The notes beneath the pieces were generated by a model. It saw only the letters and a program-made list of their open reading frames with translations. It was not told where the DNA came from and searched no databases. From NCBI GenBank assembly GCA_011109175.1, contig RDEW01000065.1, positions 165,838-229,837 on the forward strand: 64,000 nucleotides of DNA, read 5' to 3'. The stretch comes from Dicyema japonicum. Taxonomy: Eukaryota > Animalia > Dicyemida. A program made the position numbers and the translations under genes. Below are positions 22,972-34,900 of this stretch, one piece after another (positions within the stretch are counted from its first letter, which is position 1; each line of letters begins with the position of its first letter).

Positions 22972-24780
22972 AATATTATTATTAAAACGCACTCCTGAAA
23001 AAACATAAATTAGTTAAGTTTCCCTTGTGTCGTATTCCTAATCATCCTCTCCGTCAGCCTCGACCATGATCCTCCGTAACTCGCTAATTCTCTTAGTTAG
23101 TTCAGGTCGTCCGCCGAAGTTAGTCTCATGCCAACCGCCGATAGGTCTGGAAGAGGTAAAAGATATCATTTTTGTTCACGATAGGCCAAAATGTCGTTCT
23201 TGGCCTTCCGCGGAATCCGACTCCTGTTTGTGCAAAGATGTTTCCATTGTGATATTTGCGTGGACCTGGTCATTTAGACGTAACACGTGGCCAAAAGGCT
23301 CCATCTTAATTTGAAAATATCATCTGACAGCACGCCGGATTTGCATTTATTATAAAGGTTTGCATTAGAGATTTCATAGGCCAGTTGATCTTGATTACCG
23401 ATTTGAGCTGAGCTCTGTGGAAGGAATCAAGACGATCCATTTCCCGTTTAGAGATTCCCCAAGTCCCGGAGTCGTAGGGTATACCGGGATAACAAAAGCT
23501 TTGTATATTCTAAGCCTGGTGTTAAGTCCTATCCTCTTCTTGTCGCTCCATTTTGACGATATTTTTTTCAGTGCACTCATAGCGATGATCTTCTTACGAG
23601 TAACATCTTCAGAGTCTCCTAGAAGCGAGCCAACCTTCTTTTGCTTCTCCATGACTCGTCCGATCTCCGATCATAACATGTAAGCGTTGTAAACTCCGTT
23701 TTGTCGGTATTTACGGTATGAACCATTTCGAAAATATGTGTTGTGGGAGTACGCTGAGCATGTGCTGAAGTGTTTGAGTATCTTCCGAGACAAATCCAGA
23801 TCGTCCACATAAATTATCTCGTCATAATTGTTTCCAATCATGGCCCTGAACTCTCTTAGTGCAGCTTCAAGATAAACATGAAAAGGACCGGGGATAGCGA
23901 GTCTCCCTGTGGAACTCCACGTGAAGTCGGAAAAAAGTTGGAAGTACATTTGCCAATTTTAACAGAAAAGTTAGTGTTCTGCAATGAGAAGGCGTATTAT
24001 TTTAACGTCTTCTGGGTGAAGAAAACTCTTCAGAACTTCCATAAGTTTTCCTTGATGTACCGAATCGAATGCACGGGACATATCAATGGCAAGTATTTCA
24101 ATAGATTTTTATATTTTTGGCATAGAGCACAATACCATCTGTGTCCCCAAACTACATCGGCTAGACCTGCCTGTCCGAAATCCACTTTGGCCGGGGATAG
24201 AATTTGTTCACTTGTTTTTTATCCGGTGTAATGTAATGAGGGACAGTGTTTTGTGTATGAAAGTTAGTAGAATTATTGGTCTAAGGTTGCAAAGGAGACC
24301 TTTAGCTTTCTCGGGTTTTTGTAGAGGTATTAGCCACCCTCTTTCCAGTTCAACGCATTGTCTTCCTGGAGAGACCGATTGAAAACATTAGTGATCATTT
24401 TGGCTAGCTCCTCAGGGGGATGTTTTAAAAGTTCTGCTGGGATATTATCTGGTCCTGTAGTTCTTCCGATGTCCAGTTTTTTGATTGCTTGAAGAGTTTC
24501 CGGAACGGTTAATAAAGTGGATTTGTCAGGTTTCGATAGTTTCATTGTGTGGTTAATTTTGCTGTGCGTGTTGAAGATATGATCAGAATGATATATTAGC
24601 ATTGTTAACGTCTCCAATGGTTATCTTGGACACTGATCAGGGCCGAACTCCTCCCTCTATTGAGGAGGCGAATTGCATTGAACATCCTTGGTCCATCTTT
24701 ATATTTCGTTATTTCGGAAAATTGATTTTCTGCTTCACTTGTGACTTTAATTATCATTAATATGTCTGAGATCAATGTTC
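22972..24780 (-). mobile_element. 5'-truncated RTE-like LINE (RT), frameshifted
   Basis: GPDNIPAELLK, AIDMSRAFDSV, GVPQGDSLSPVLF, YVDD and GSLLGDSEDV motifs, with a (TAA)n tail at about 22972-22984. Confidence 0.8.
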
Positions 24781-24920
24781 CAAAGATCACAGTAAAACCA
24801 AACTAACTAATCACATGAACTCGAAAAACTGGACCAACACCCTTATCTTGGCTCGTTGTCCCTCCTTCAAACCCACACAAGCACATATACGGGATAGAAC
24901 ACGATAATTACACGAGCGCC
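24775..24920 (-). mobile_element. Diverged 3' end of the same Ingi/Vingi-like family as 2305-5170
   Basis: Aligns by eye to 2331-2440. Hairpin arms at 24783-24791 and 24814-24822 with a TAGTTAG loop. Confidence 0.55.
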
Positions 24921-24924
24921 CTCC

Positions 24925-25126
24925 TCGATTCTTACGAATTAGTGATTCCAGATGGGTTGATGAGAAATCTTCCGATACTGGAGAGAAATGTATCCGTCTC
25001 TCTCACGACCCCGAAAGTCTCCACCGCAATAGGATAAATGTTAGTTATTGCTAAGTGACCCCTACTTTCTGATTTTTCCTCCGCCTTGTCTGTCACAAAA
25101 TCAATAGCACATAAACTCGATTTCAT
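24925..25126 (-). mobile_element. CRE-like RLE C-terminal fragment
   Basis: YPIAVETFGVV..TDTFLSSIGRFL resembles the C-terminus of the 10.2-13.3 kb element. Confidence 0.55.
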
Positions 25127-25299
25127 TCAAGTTATGTTAATTTATAAATTATCCGTTATTTGAATTGGTGACTAAACATTTGCGTTGAAATTTTATATCA
25201 AAAATTGTTAGTCAATAATCCATTTTAACCGCTTTTATTATACACATTCTTCGTAAAATCCAAGTGAGTTTGAGAATACTTGGATGACTTTGTCAACAA

Positions 25300-26290
25300 T
25301 TTACGCCCTAAATGGTTGAAATTGCTGATTTTATGATTTGCTATTGTAAAAATTCCCTTTAAATGCACTACGGAGCATATTCCCGCATTCTGTTATGTCT
25401 AGTCATTATATTGAGAGCTTTCTCAACAAATGGAAATCTTTGAGAAAAGAAAGATTACGGGAGTTAATGAAACAAAGATTTGTGAGTATCGGCGTGGTTT
25501 ATTACGTGGTTTAGGTTCTCCAGCTATTTTAATTGCTAGGTGGGTTTAATGTTGAAAATTCAGTCAACGTGACTGACAAGCAATTCACGGGCATAAAAGA
25601 CCAGACTGAATCTAATATCCACAATCACGTTACTAGTGTGGATGAGGATGTTGTTCCTAAATCTCCAAAAGTGGAATATGATGCTCAAGCAAAACCTGTT
25701 AAGAATAAGACTCCAAAGCTCAGAAAAGTTAAAGCAAAAACTTTCTCCCAATCCTCGGCTAAGAAAGTAAAAAACGAAGCATTCAATGATGCCGTTACGA
25801 ATGATATAAAGGTGGAGCCCCCGTGTATAGGAAATGATTGGACTACCAATGAGTTGGATTCAACCCTTGCTGATTTCAAGGAGAACTTGAATTCAAGTGG
25901 ACCCTCGGACGTTAAAGATCTCACCGTTGTGCGTAATACTGACATAAAACTTTCTGAATGTGATAATTCTGATGAACTTGAATCACTTAAAACTTCCTTA
26001 AAGCGTAAAAGATCTTCATTCCTACAATCCAGTGGGGAAGAAGTCACTTCTGTGCAATCAAATGTGGATGATCTGTTGGAATCAAGTACACTCTTTAATT
26101 GCAGGACTTGTTCATTCAATTCTGCTCGCAAAAGGATTATGATCAAGCATATTCGGACTACACACTTGAGTGAGAAACGACTCCATCTTCAGAGTCTGGG
26201 GTTTTTGTAGATTTTGCGACGCGACCTTTAAATATTCAACTGTTTGTATAAAATGAGAACGATTATCACACGTCAAAACTGAAAAATGAG
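25300..26290 (+). CDS. C2H2 zinc-finger protein (exon boundaries uncertain)
   Basis: A 225-aa open frame ends with CRTC-SFNSARKRIMIK-H-IRTT-H. A second finger (CRFCDATFKYSTVCIK..YH) follows across apparent 1-nt indels. Probable short 5' exons lie at 25300-25530. Confidence 0.6.
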
Positions 26291-26496
26291 TGATCTGATT
26301 TTTATTCTGGCTTTGTCTTGTCTTTTATGTTTATTACACATAGACCTCTCATGTTAGTAAGCTTTTATGTTAGGGTGGTGGAATTTGGTCATAATCAGAT
26401 GATGGATAATTATGCTGTTGTCATGACGGCGAGTATAGTCAGTACATGCTGAGGTCCTAGCTACGCCATGCTCGATGTGGTCCACATGTTAGGTGT

Positions 26497-26813
26497 GTTA
26501 TTATTTATTAACCCCGAATACACCGAGAAAGAAGTTAAAGTAAACAACTAATTAAGTGTATCCAATTTCCACTTCTACAGTAACAGAGTCCATCCGGAAT
26601 CAGCATAAAAGGTAAGACGTCTATTACATGTAGTTGTGAAAACCCCTCCAGTAAAGTGGGGGAGAGCAAATGATCCTTTTTCGTTCCGGCCTGGCACTGG
26701 GCGTCACCTAGACAGGTGGATCACATGAAGCCACTCTAATAGGAAGAGAGAGGAGGAACAGATAAACAAGCAGAAAACTTCAACCAATTAGCCACGCGGC
26801 TCTTAAATTAACA
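26497..26813 (-). mobile_element. 317-nt non-autonomous mini-retroelement with a 13-bp target-site duplication
   Basis: Exact flanking direct repeats ACATGTTAGGTGT at 26484-26496 and 26814-26826. Structured motif 26671-26734, 3' hairpin 26516-26563, (AAT)n tail. Confidence 0.8.
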
Positions 26814-27345
26814 ACATGTTAGGTGTTGCTTAGTTTGACCCTGAAGTGGTTGACAAAGAGGAATCATATCTATCCATTCTTACGCATATAATCCGTAATA
26901 AGGGATTTTGTATAATTTTTATGATTATCTGTTATTGCATAAAGGTTTAATAACTCTCAATTCAATGGACAAGTCAATTTTTGGGAATTAAAATTACTGC
27001 ATCACCTCGTCGAATGGTTAGTCTGTCGGATGATACAAGGGGTGACGTACCTCATCTCCTCAAATGAACGTGAAGTTTCGCTCATCTCCTCGTGAAAAAG
27101 TAGAAAATGAAGGAAACAAGGTCACTTTGTAATAAAAAAAACTCGGGACTCCCAGTGCAACTGGAGTTTGCATTAATATTCTAATATGAAAGGGCCGAAT
27201 TCACTATGCCGTGGGGTTGAATCTTATCTGGAACAAAAATTGGAGGAAATTGGAAGTCTACTTAAGGCGGTGACAATTACAAAAGGTAATCTTAAAGCAA
27301 AACCACGTAAATCTATGTAAAAAATGCACATTCGGAACAAGTATT

Positions 27346-28488
27346 TTAGTAAAAATCACACTTCCACAAAATAATAGGGTGCTGATCACGGTACTTTGCA
27401 TTAATGGAAGAGTTTATTAGAGGTTTCAGTTGCCTACCAGGACCGACTTCGTAAACATTTCGCTTGGATGGTGAATTAAACAAATATTCCATGGTTTGTT
27501 GCCATTTTACTGGCGACACAACCTGGTGACCAACAAATCCTTATCTCCTCCACGTTTTTGTAGGGTTTAGCTGATAGATTAGATATTACGTTAATTTTGG
27601 GCTCATTAAATTTAACATTGCTAAATTTAGTCAAAAACAAACTTTAAGACATCTTTGAGTTCATCGCAGGCAAAATTCATCATCTGAGTATGAAAGGCCC
27701 CACTGACTGAAGCCTCTTAACTTTCCGAATTCCAAATTTGGAACTATTTGCTCGATAAACTCCAAAGCCTACAATTAAACAATAGTCACCTCTACAGAGC
27801 CACCAATTACTTGAAATGCGGATGAAAGATAATTTGCAGGCTGGCAAACTGGATTAGCGATTCCCAAAGAATGACAGTGCTCAATAGCCGCCTTGCAGCA
27901 TCTTCTATGTTCGAGATTCCGTTGACCATTATAGAAATCATCCCTCCATTAGTCATCTCCGAAGCCTTCTGCATGGAAGTAGCACGAACTTTTACAACTT
28001 TTATTGCTGTTTGGATTACAAATATGACAAACCATCCTCGAAAGACAGGCACTCTGAGAAAACCAGAGAAGTATATTCTCCCAAACTCAATCCTGCGGTA
28101 TAATTGCAAGTTCTAAGAGCTTCTGGATCTTCATTCTCAAGTTTTCCGAGAGAGGCCAGAGATGTGACCATAATAGCTGGTTGGGAGATTTCTGTCCTCA
28201 TTAATTTGTCAGATGGCCCTTCCAAACATAACTAAAATGACATTATAATATACTTTCAGTAGATCATATCCTAAAATAACACTCGCTCTCTCAAAAAGAT
28301 CAACAGATTTCGGAAAGTGCTTCAACTTTGATGCCATACCGATAAATTGGGAGCCCTGTCCAGGAAAAAGAAGCACAGACGATTCCTTCAATATCTGAGT
28401 TTGCGAACACACAGCCTGCATCACTTGAGCAGTTCCTTAACACAGCTCTGACAGAAGCAAATGGGAGCCTTAACGTGAACATAAGCAC
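27346..28488 (-). CDS. MCAT: Mitochondrial malonyl-CoA:ACP transacylase (FabD family)
   Basis: Arg/Ser-rich presequence-like N-terminus, SVLLFPGQGSQ, QPAI, catalytic AGLSLGEY (GxSxG), VSGAFHT, SPVKWQQTM and YEVGPGRQL. Short GT-AG introns. Several 1-nt indels are needed to keep the frame. Confidence 0.88.
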
Positions 28489-28639
28489 CGGTAACTGGAA
28501 ACGCGTTCAAAATTCTATAAATAATCGACATGGCGTGATCACGCCACTCTGATATGGTACGATTTTTACTGTTATTAATATTTTTGCAGAGATTAATTTA
28601 TTTAATAATTCTGAGTTATAATAGTATTAAAGGTATTTT

Positions 28640-28880
28640 GCCCCCCTGGAGATTTGCGATTCCCTCTTCGAGAGTGGATCGTTTGAACTCCCTCAGGCGA
28701 AAAATTATGCACCACACGGACATCCCCACTTGCGGCCTCGTTTCTGATGAGGCGACGTTGAAGAATGGCCAGAGTTTCCTACGTTTCTGCGAGTTCGGGT
28801 GTTGTTGGAGGCTGGGATCACCTAATTAGTTAGTTTTGAACTATCTTTCTTGTGTTTTTGGAGTTAAATAAATAAAAATA
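28640..28880 (+). mobile_element. Ingi/Vingi-like 3' fragment with an internal deletion
   Basis: Homologous to 7420-7800 but lacks ~150 nt (junction TTCTGC/GAGTTCGG at 28790-28791). Ends RLGSPN* with the hairpin and tail. Confidence 0.7.
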
Positions 28881-29601
28881 AAATAATAAAGGCATTTCGG
28901 GGAACACATAATAATAAAATCCTTGTGAAAAAATTAATGAAAAGAGAAATCTCCCGACTAGCTATTATGGTCATATCTTTGCTGAGGTGGCTGATCAAAT
29001 TGTCTTAGACTTACAGCTATTGGAGGAAATAATTTGAAATATTAAAGTAGTTTAATTATGCTTCCTTGGTTATTCTTTGCACTTTTATTTTTCAACCAAA
29101 ACCATAATGCACGTGATATCAACGTGAAGATAATCTTGATTATCGAATATATTAACACTTAAAAATTTTACAGATATTTGAATTTCCAGACACTTTTTCT
29201 GAGAGCATCTCGACTGTTTGATTAAGAAAATTTTTTAAAATTGAGGTTTTTTTCTAGAAATAAAAATCTTTATTAGCAAAAATGCTAAAAATTTAAATAT
29301 ATTTTCCCATTTCTGGATTTTCATTTCATTTTGTAGTTCAAGAAGGTCCCTGAATCGCGCCGCATTTGCATTACGATTTTGTTGACGATTTCTTTACAAA
29401 TTCTCCTAACCTCTTTAGAAGTAGTAATTTTTTTAGCAATTTTCTGGTAAATTAACTTAAACTGGAAATTAATTAGACCCTTTTTTCTCAACCACACTAA
29501 GCTAAATCAGTACTCCCATTTTTAAGAAAGTGACATCAGCACTTTAGCAAAATCATACTCTTACTTAGTTGAATAATGTCTATGGTTACTATAGTAACCC
29601 A

Positions 29602-29693
29602 CCAAGAGACAGGGAGCATTACAACAAACGATTGCGAGCACAAGGCGTTTACGGCACCACCAATCGTTCACAGAAATACCCCCTGTCTCTTGG
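29602..29693 (-). ncRNA. Candidate long-hairpin RNA (33-bp bulge-free stem)
   Basis: A 13-bp and an 8-bp perfect helix are joined by 12 positions that pair with five G-U wobbles only on the minus strand. 26-nt loop. Confidence 0.4.
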
Positions 29694-29749
29694 CAGTGGT
29701 GTGATTTGTTTTTTCTATAGTAATCCTATTATGGATTAGAAATAACCTA

Positions 29750-30420
29750 ACTTGTAAGCCGCTTGTTTCTTAACAACTTGTCCGCATTCTCCAATTTTTA
29801 TTGGGAAAGTTGAACAAATGGGAAACTCTATGTCTCAGACTACAACTTTATATGTCGCTAAGACATTTTAACCCTTGAATTTGGTGTTATCAGCAAAATT
29901 TATGTCACCGTGTTGTCAGTCGGTAATAATTGAATCTCAACTTGATATTGTGGAACTCAACAATGGTATGTCTTTAATATCTGATAAAATAATTTCGCCT
30001 CCTACGACCATAAAGTGTGTTATATTGTACTTAGTTAAATTCTCTCCCGTGTTACCCATAAGCGTATGAATACTTAGGGTTCCGCTTGTGTCGTGCCCTT
30101 CACTGTCTGTTTTGCCAGTTTTCTCCATGTTACTTTCCTCCTCGCACGTCTCTGCAGTTCACAGAGGAATCCATGTCTAAAGTCTGTCTAGTGTTCGAAG
30201 CGAGTCTTCTGACGTTGAGAGTTGCAATAGTGGACGGGGGAGAATAGATAAACTGAGAGTACGATAAGGACATCAGAAAGGTGTCAACCAGCAGTTATTG
30301 GATTTATTTAATAACCTCAAGTTCGTTATGAGGATGTGTTCAAACATCTCCCATCTCTCCTCCCTTATTGTATCTTCTAGGGGACGAGATTTGCATACCC
30401 AATATAAATTTTTGCTGCTG
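29750..30420 (-). mobile_element. RTE-like 5'/endonuclease remnant
   Basis: IATLNVRRLASNTRQTL APE start. DNA similarity to 32060-32480 on the opposite strand (shared AACCCTAAGTATTCATACGCTTATG). Confidence 0.5.
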
Positions 30421-30479
30421 ATCTCTCTTATAAGGACCTGTAACACCGAACGTAGATGTTTTCTATAGTATGTTTGTTT

Positions 30480-30930
30480 TTATTTATTTAACCCCAAGAC
30501 TACCAAGAAAGATAGGTCAAAACTAAAAATTAGGTGATCCCAGCCTCCAACGACATCCGAACTTTTCATCTGGTCTTCTGATGACCCAACCACATTCCGG
30601 AAACGCCTTCTCTTCCTTCTGCAAAGGAATTCAATCGGCGTCCACTTTTTTATAACCGACCGAAATTCCTCTGCATAAAAATAAACATACCATAGAAAAC
30701 ATCTACCTTTTCCTTGAGTGAGTTTCCCAGTTCCTTGCAGAAACGTAGGAAACAGGCCATTCTTTAAAGCCTCCTCTGAAAGCAGACTGGGGACGGATGT
30801 GGAGTCTGGTTATATGTGATCTTCAGTCTGAGAGAATTCACACGCTCCACCCTGGTAGAAGGAATGGCGAATCTCCAGGCAGAACAGGCATATTCAATCG
30901 TCGGCGCAATAACTTGGAGATAGTATGTTT
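30480..30930 (-). mobile_element. Ingi/Vingi-like 3' fragment
   Basis: Reverse complement of the 7400-7800 family. Hairpin arms at 30496-30504 and 30533-30541. Confidence 0.7.
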
Positions 30931-31949
30931 CAAACTTTTAACACTGTATCAGACTCCGCAATGCTGCTAATCTAATATTTTTGTTAAAATCAAAAAATGA
31001 TAACATTCTATCACAATTAAAAAAAATTAAATAAATATCGTACTTTTGCAATACATGCTTCAAGATTACTTTTTTTTCTTGGTTTTGTGTGAGTACCTGT
31101 AGATACTCCTGTTCGGCATTGAGGTATCACTAATGACAACGTCACTTTTCAAGTCAAAAAACATCGTAAATGCGTGGAGCCTTCAGCCAGAATTGGCAGC
31201 ATCAAAATTTGAATTTATCTAAAACAGATATTTTATCGAACTCTAATTTTATCCAAAAAATTCATATTATGAAATTAAATTTCAGACTTTTTTAACTGGG
31301 AACTTTTCTCAAATCCACTCTTGCTATCAAGTAAGTTTTTTGACTTTCTATGAACTTGAACATCCTATCACGCTGAACAACTACCGTCAACACAAAAGAT
31401 ATGTGACGCAACAGTTGTGACCAAATATATCCATTGATTTATCGTTAGGTTCACCTTCCCTAATATTCTCCAACTGCTTATCTATCCATAGACAAGAGCC
31501 TATCATTAGTGACATTGTCCTATATCTCTTGACATAATAAAATGGAGTTTTGTAAATTACAAAAACGCAAGATGGAACGATTTTAAGTGCGCAACTAAGT
31601 CAACTCTTTCAATGGGTAATTTCATTTCTCCCGATAAAGCAGTGACCTATTTTATCTTAGCAGTCCTGTCTGCCGTTGTTTAAGTCCTCTGCAATTAAAA
31701 CATCTCAGAGTGAACGGAGAAGTCGGTAAGGAATACGAATAAGACATAGTGCAATAGAGGACGTCGTTACCACCTTAACCAATGAAGACTGGACCACCAA
31801 GACTCAATTTAAAAATTGAAGATCTCTCTGGGAACAACCTGAATAACCACCAGCTTAACGGTCAAGTCGCGAAAGCTTCAATTTCATTGGGAATCCAACA
31901 GCCTCTAAGTCTTCTGCTATAAATCCGTTTATCGCTTTGTACTTCATCT

Positions 31950-32480
31950 TTTTATTAAATATAATAAGCCTTATCGTAGAAACATGTTTTTATATGAGCT
32001 TCAAAAGATAATTTGTTCATATATTTGTAGACATGTTGGTTGAGTGGACAACTCTCTATTAATTCTACTCTCAGTCTATCTATTCTACCCAGTTGTAAGA
32101 GGTCTCGTTTCTAACACTAAACAGACACTTTATGCACGATACAAAGTTACTGTGGCCTGCCTGCAAGAGGTAAAGATGAAAGTGGATCGGGATATATGCA
32201 ACGGAAATTACCGGTTAATTCAACTACCGTCCGATTGCCGTCACTATGGAATGGGCTTCGCAGTCCATCTATCAATCGTGAATCGACTATTCAAGGTATG
32301 GAGAGTTACTTACAGAATCGCTATCATTCAATTGGATATTGATTGCATAAAAAGAAATCGATTATGTCATTAATGTCAAGACGTGTGAAAAAGAAAATTA
32401 CTGAGAAAACTGGTATAAAGGATAGTGAAGAGCATAACACAAGCAGAACCCTAAGTATTCATACGCTTATGATTAACACG
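31950..32480 (+). mobile_element. RTE-like APE endonuclease remnant
   Basis: VRGLVSNTKQ..VACLQEVK..HYGMGFAV..WRVTYRIAIIQL. Confidence 0.65.
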
Positions 32481-32589
32481 GAAGTACATTTATCTATCTA
32501 ACTAACTTAACTTTAAGTAGGATATTATTATGGCACTTTCACGAAAGCCATAATGTTATAGCCCCGCATGTGCAACACTCAAAGAAACA

Positions 32590-34200
32590 ATATTTATAGT
32601 TACTCTTTTCCATCTTCCTCTGTCGAATGCGAGTGATCTCAATTCGTCCAGGTCGTCCCCGTCTTTAGGTTTTTTCTCACACGATTTAGGTCTTTGTTTA
32701 ATGCAGTCGGAAGTGTCGATCTAGGTCGTTCGCGGAAGGGTTTGTCGCATCTGTCAAAGTAATCTTCCATCGCTTTGTTAGCGGGTGCGTCCGGGTTCAT
32801 TCTTAGTACATTCCCAAATAGCCTCTACCGGGCATCTATCACATCCTTGCTGATGTAGGAACACATACACTTGTTGTAGATACCAGTGGTTGATACTACG
32901 TGGCCACTCCAATCCGAGTAAGCTTCTTAGTTGCCAACTATGGAACGAATCGAGTTTCAATAGTTTGTTGAAGGAACTTCCTCATGTCCTTACAGTAGGA
33001 TCGGTTTCACAAACGCGTTGTAAAGCCTGCATCTGATGTCAATTCTAAGCCATCCTTTCTTCAGTTTAGCCATTGCCTCATTTGCCAGTGTTTTCATCCT
33101 TAGTACATCTTCAGTGTCTCCTAGTAGAGAGCCGAGCTTATTAGTACGTCTCCATCTTTCATGAGTAATATCGTCTTTTCTTTTGATTTCCGTAAATTCA
33201 GTTTTGTTAACATTTACGCTGAGAAACCATTTCTCAAGCTCCGCAGGTGCATTTTCTAGCAGGTGTTGGAGTGCGGTCACATCCCGTGATACAAAATCCA
33301 CATCATCCGCATAAGATGTATCTTCTATGTCTTCTATATAGCATTTACGGAGGTCGTGGAGTGCAGATTCAAGGTATATGGTGAATAGTAAAGGGGAGAG
33401 GGAATTACCCTGGGGTGTCCTAATCGTTGTTTTGAAACTGCGGGAAGTTGCTCCTTCTGTCCTCACAGATAATCTTGTGTTCGCAAGTAATAGTCTGATT
33501 ATCGTAACCGACGATTCATCCAATATTTGCTCAAGCACATTCATCAGTTTCTGTCTGTTTATTGAGTCTAATGCTCTGGAGAGATCTATTCCCAACATGG
33601 TCGTTGCGCAGCGCCATCTTGGCTCCATACAATGTCTGCCGTAGACTTCCTTCCGGAACCCAATAGATCCGCCACACCCTTTATCCGACTTAGTGCAATG
33701 TTTGCCAGTACTTTGCATATCGAATTCAGAAGTATTATGTTACTGGCACATGCGTTACCGAGCGCTACGCGTTACACTTCGCCTTGAAACTCCTTCGACT
33801 TGAGAACATGAAAGTAGCACCAGTGGCACCACCTCCACATGAACATGAACGACGTCCTTGTATGGAGAGAATTCAGGGAAAGAGTGTAGAATCCTCTTGA
33901 CAAGGGTGTTACAGGCCATTAGCGACGAGAGATATACAGGGAGAGAAATGTCTATAGAGCTGTGATTCCAAGTTTTCCGAGTCTGACTGCCAGTTTGGCC
34001 TGCTTCCGTTAGTATTCCTCAAGCCGGAAGTTTAGAGATACGCTTCGATGTCAAACGGAAGATCCCGTCAATATGTGCGATTTGGTCGAATTTTCGCTCG
34101 TTGTATTGTCGTGTATTGAATCAATTACCATTAACATCATGTCCACTCCATACATTATTCCACTCCAACTGCTTCCTTCATGTTTTTAGTCCAACACTTA
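32590..34200 (-). mobile_element. RTE-like LINE (RT), internally deleted; the tandem array begins inside it
   Basis: GIDLSRALDSINRQKL, PQGNSLSPLLF, YADDVDF and KLGSLLGDTEDV motifs. Confidence 0.8.
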
Positions 34201-34900
34201 TCTTCGGACATCATCTTAAATAGTGATCTTGTGATTGTCTGATTGAAGCGTTCGATAATCCTTTGACTCCTTGGATTGTTAGGCCTACTATGAATTTGTT
34301 AGACGCTGAAGCAGTGGAATGTCACATTCTGACACCAATTTCCGAATAATTTCTCTTTTCACGAAAAAATATCTTCTACTATCGTGGCGATATGTGTTTT
34401 ATTTGAATTTTTGACCCGCAGAATTTATGCTTTCCTCAGATATTATTCAGACTTCTCCAAGTATCGGAAGAATTGTAAAAGCATCTGTTCACTTATATGG
34501 GTAATGGATACCAATTCTCTCCCAAACTCGTGTCAGATAGAATATTTCTTCGTTTCTAGGTTTGAAATGAATCTGATTCTGTACAATTATCAAGTTCATT
34601 GATGACTTTGAATATGTTACCCGAGTTGAATTTTGTATTTGCCAAATTCCGATCCTCTTTTTAACCCCTTCAAATATCAACTTTAACACTTAGTTTTTCC
34701 TCTAGCAATCAATGTATTAACACCAATCCATTTCGTCAAGCGAACTAGCTTCAGATCTCAAGCCAGCAAATTAATAGTAGATTTTTCGATATTCCGTTCG
34801 ATTTGAGTGGCTTCAAAGAAAGTATTAACCTTCATCATCGTTGAGTTTTCCCTTCGAAAAAATACTTTTAGGTGGTCCATAAATATCAGGTAGTTTGTTA
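34200..34900 (-). mobile_element. Degenerate rve integrase fragment (repeated in units B and C)
   Basis: HSRPNNPRSQRIIERFNQTITRSL.KMM..DK.W resembles the integrase core around the catalytic E. Confidence 0.55.

Noticed and set aside
25300-25480. zf-AD (ZAD)-like N-terminal domain in the zinc-finger gene
   Set aside because: Only partial Cys spacing, interrupted by stops and uncertain exon boundaries; not supportable without an HMM search.
27148-27167. Iron-responsive-element-like CAGTGC hairpin
   Set aside because: Four extra bases separate the loop from the complementary arm, so the canonical IRE geometry is absent.
28395-28419. 25-nt GC-AG intron that would join the MCAT presequence to ILKESSVLLFPGQ
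   Set aside because: It restores the frame and has the modal length, but it is GC-richer than the other introns, and a 1-nt consensus error explains the shift equally well in this gene.
17505-28488. Programmed ribosomal frameshifting or insertional RNA editing as the explanation for broken frames in MTR4 and MCAT
   Set aside because: Indels go in both directions, share no slippery motif and differ between near-identical TBC1D19 copies, which fits sequencing error.
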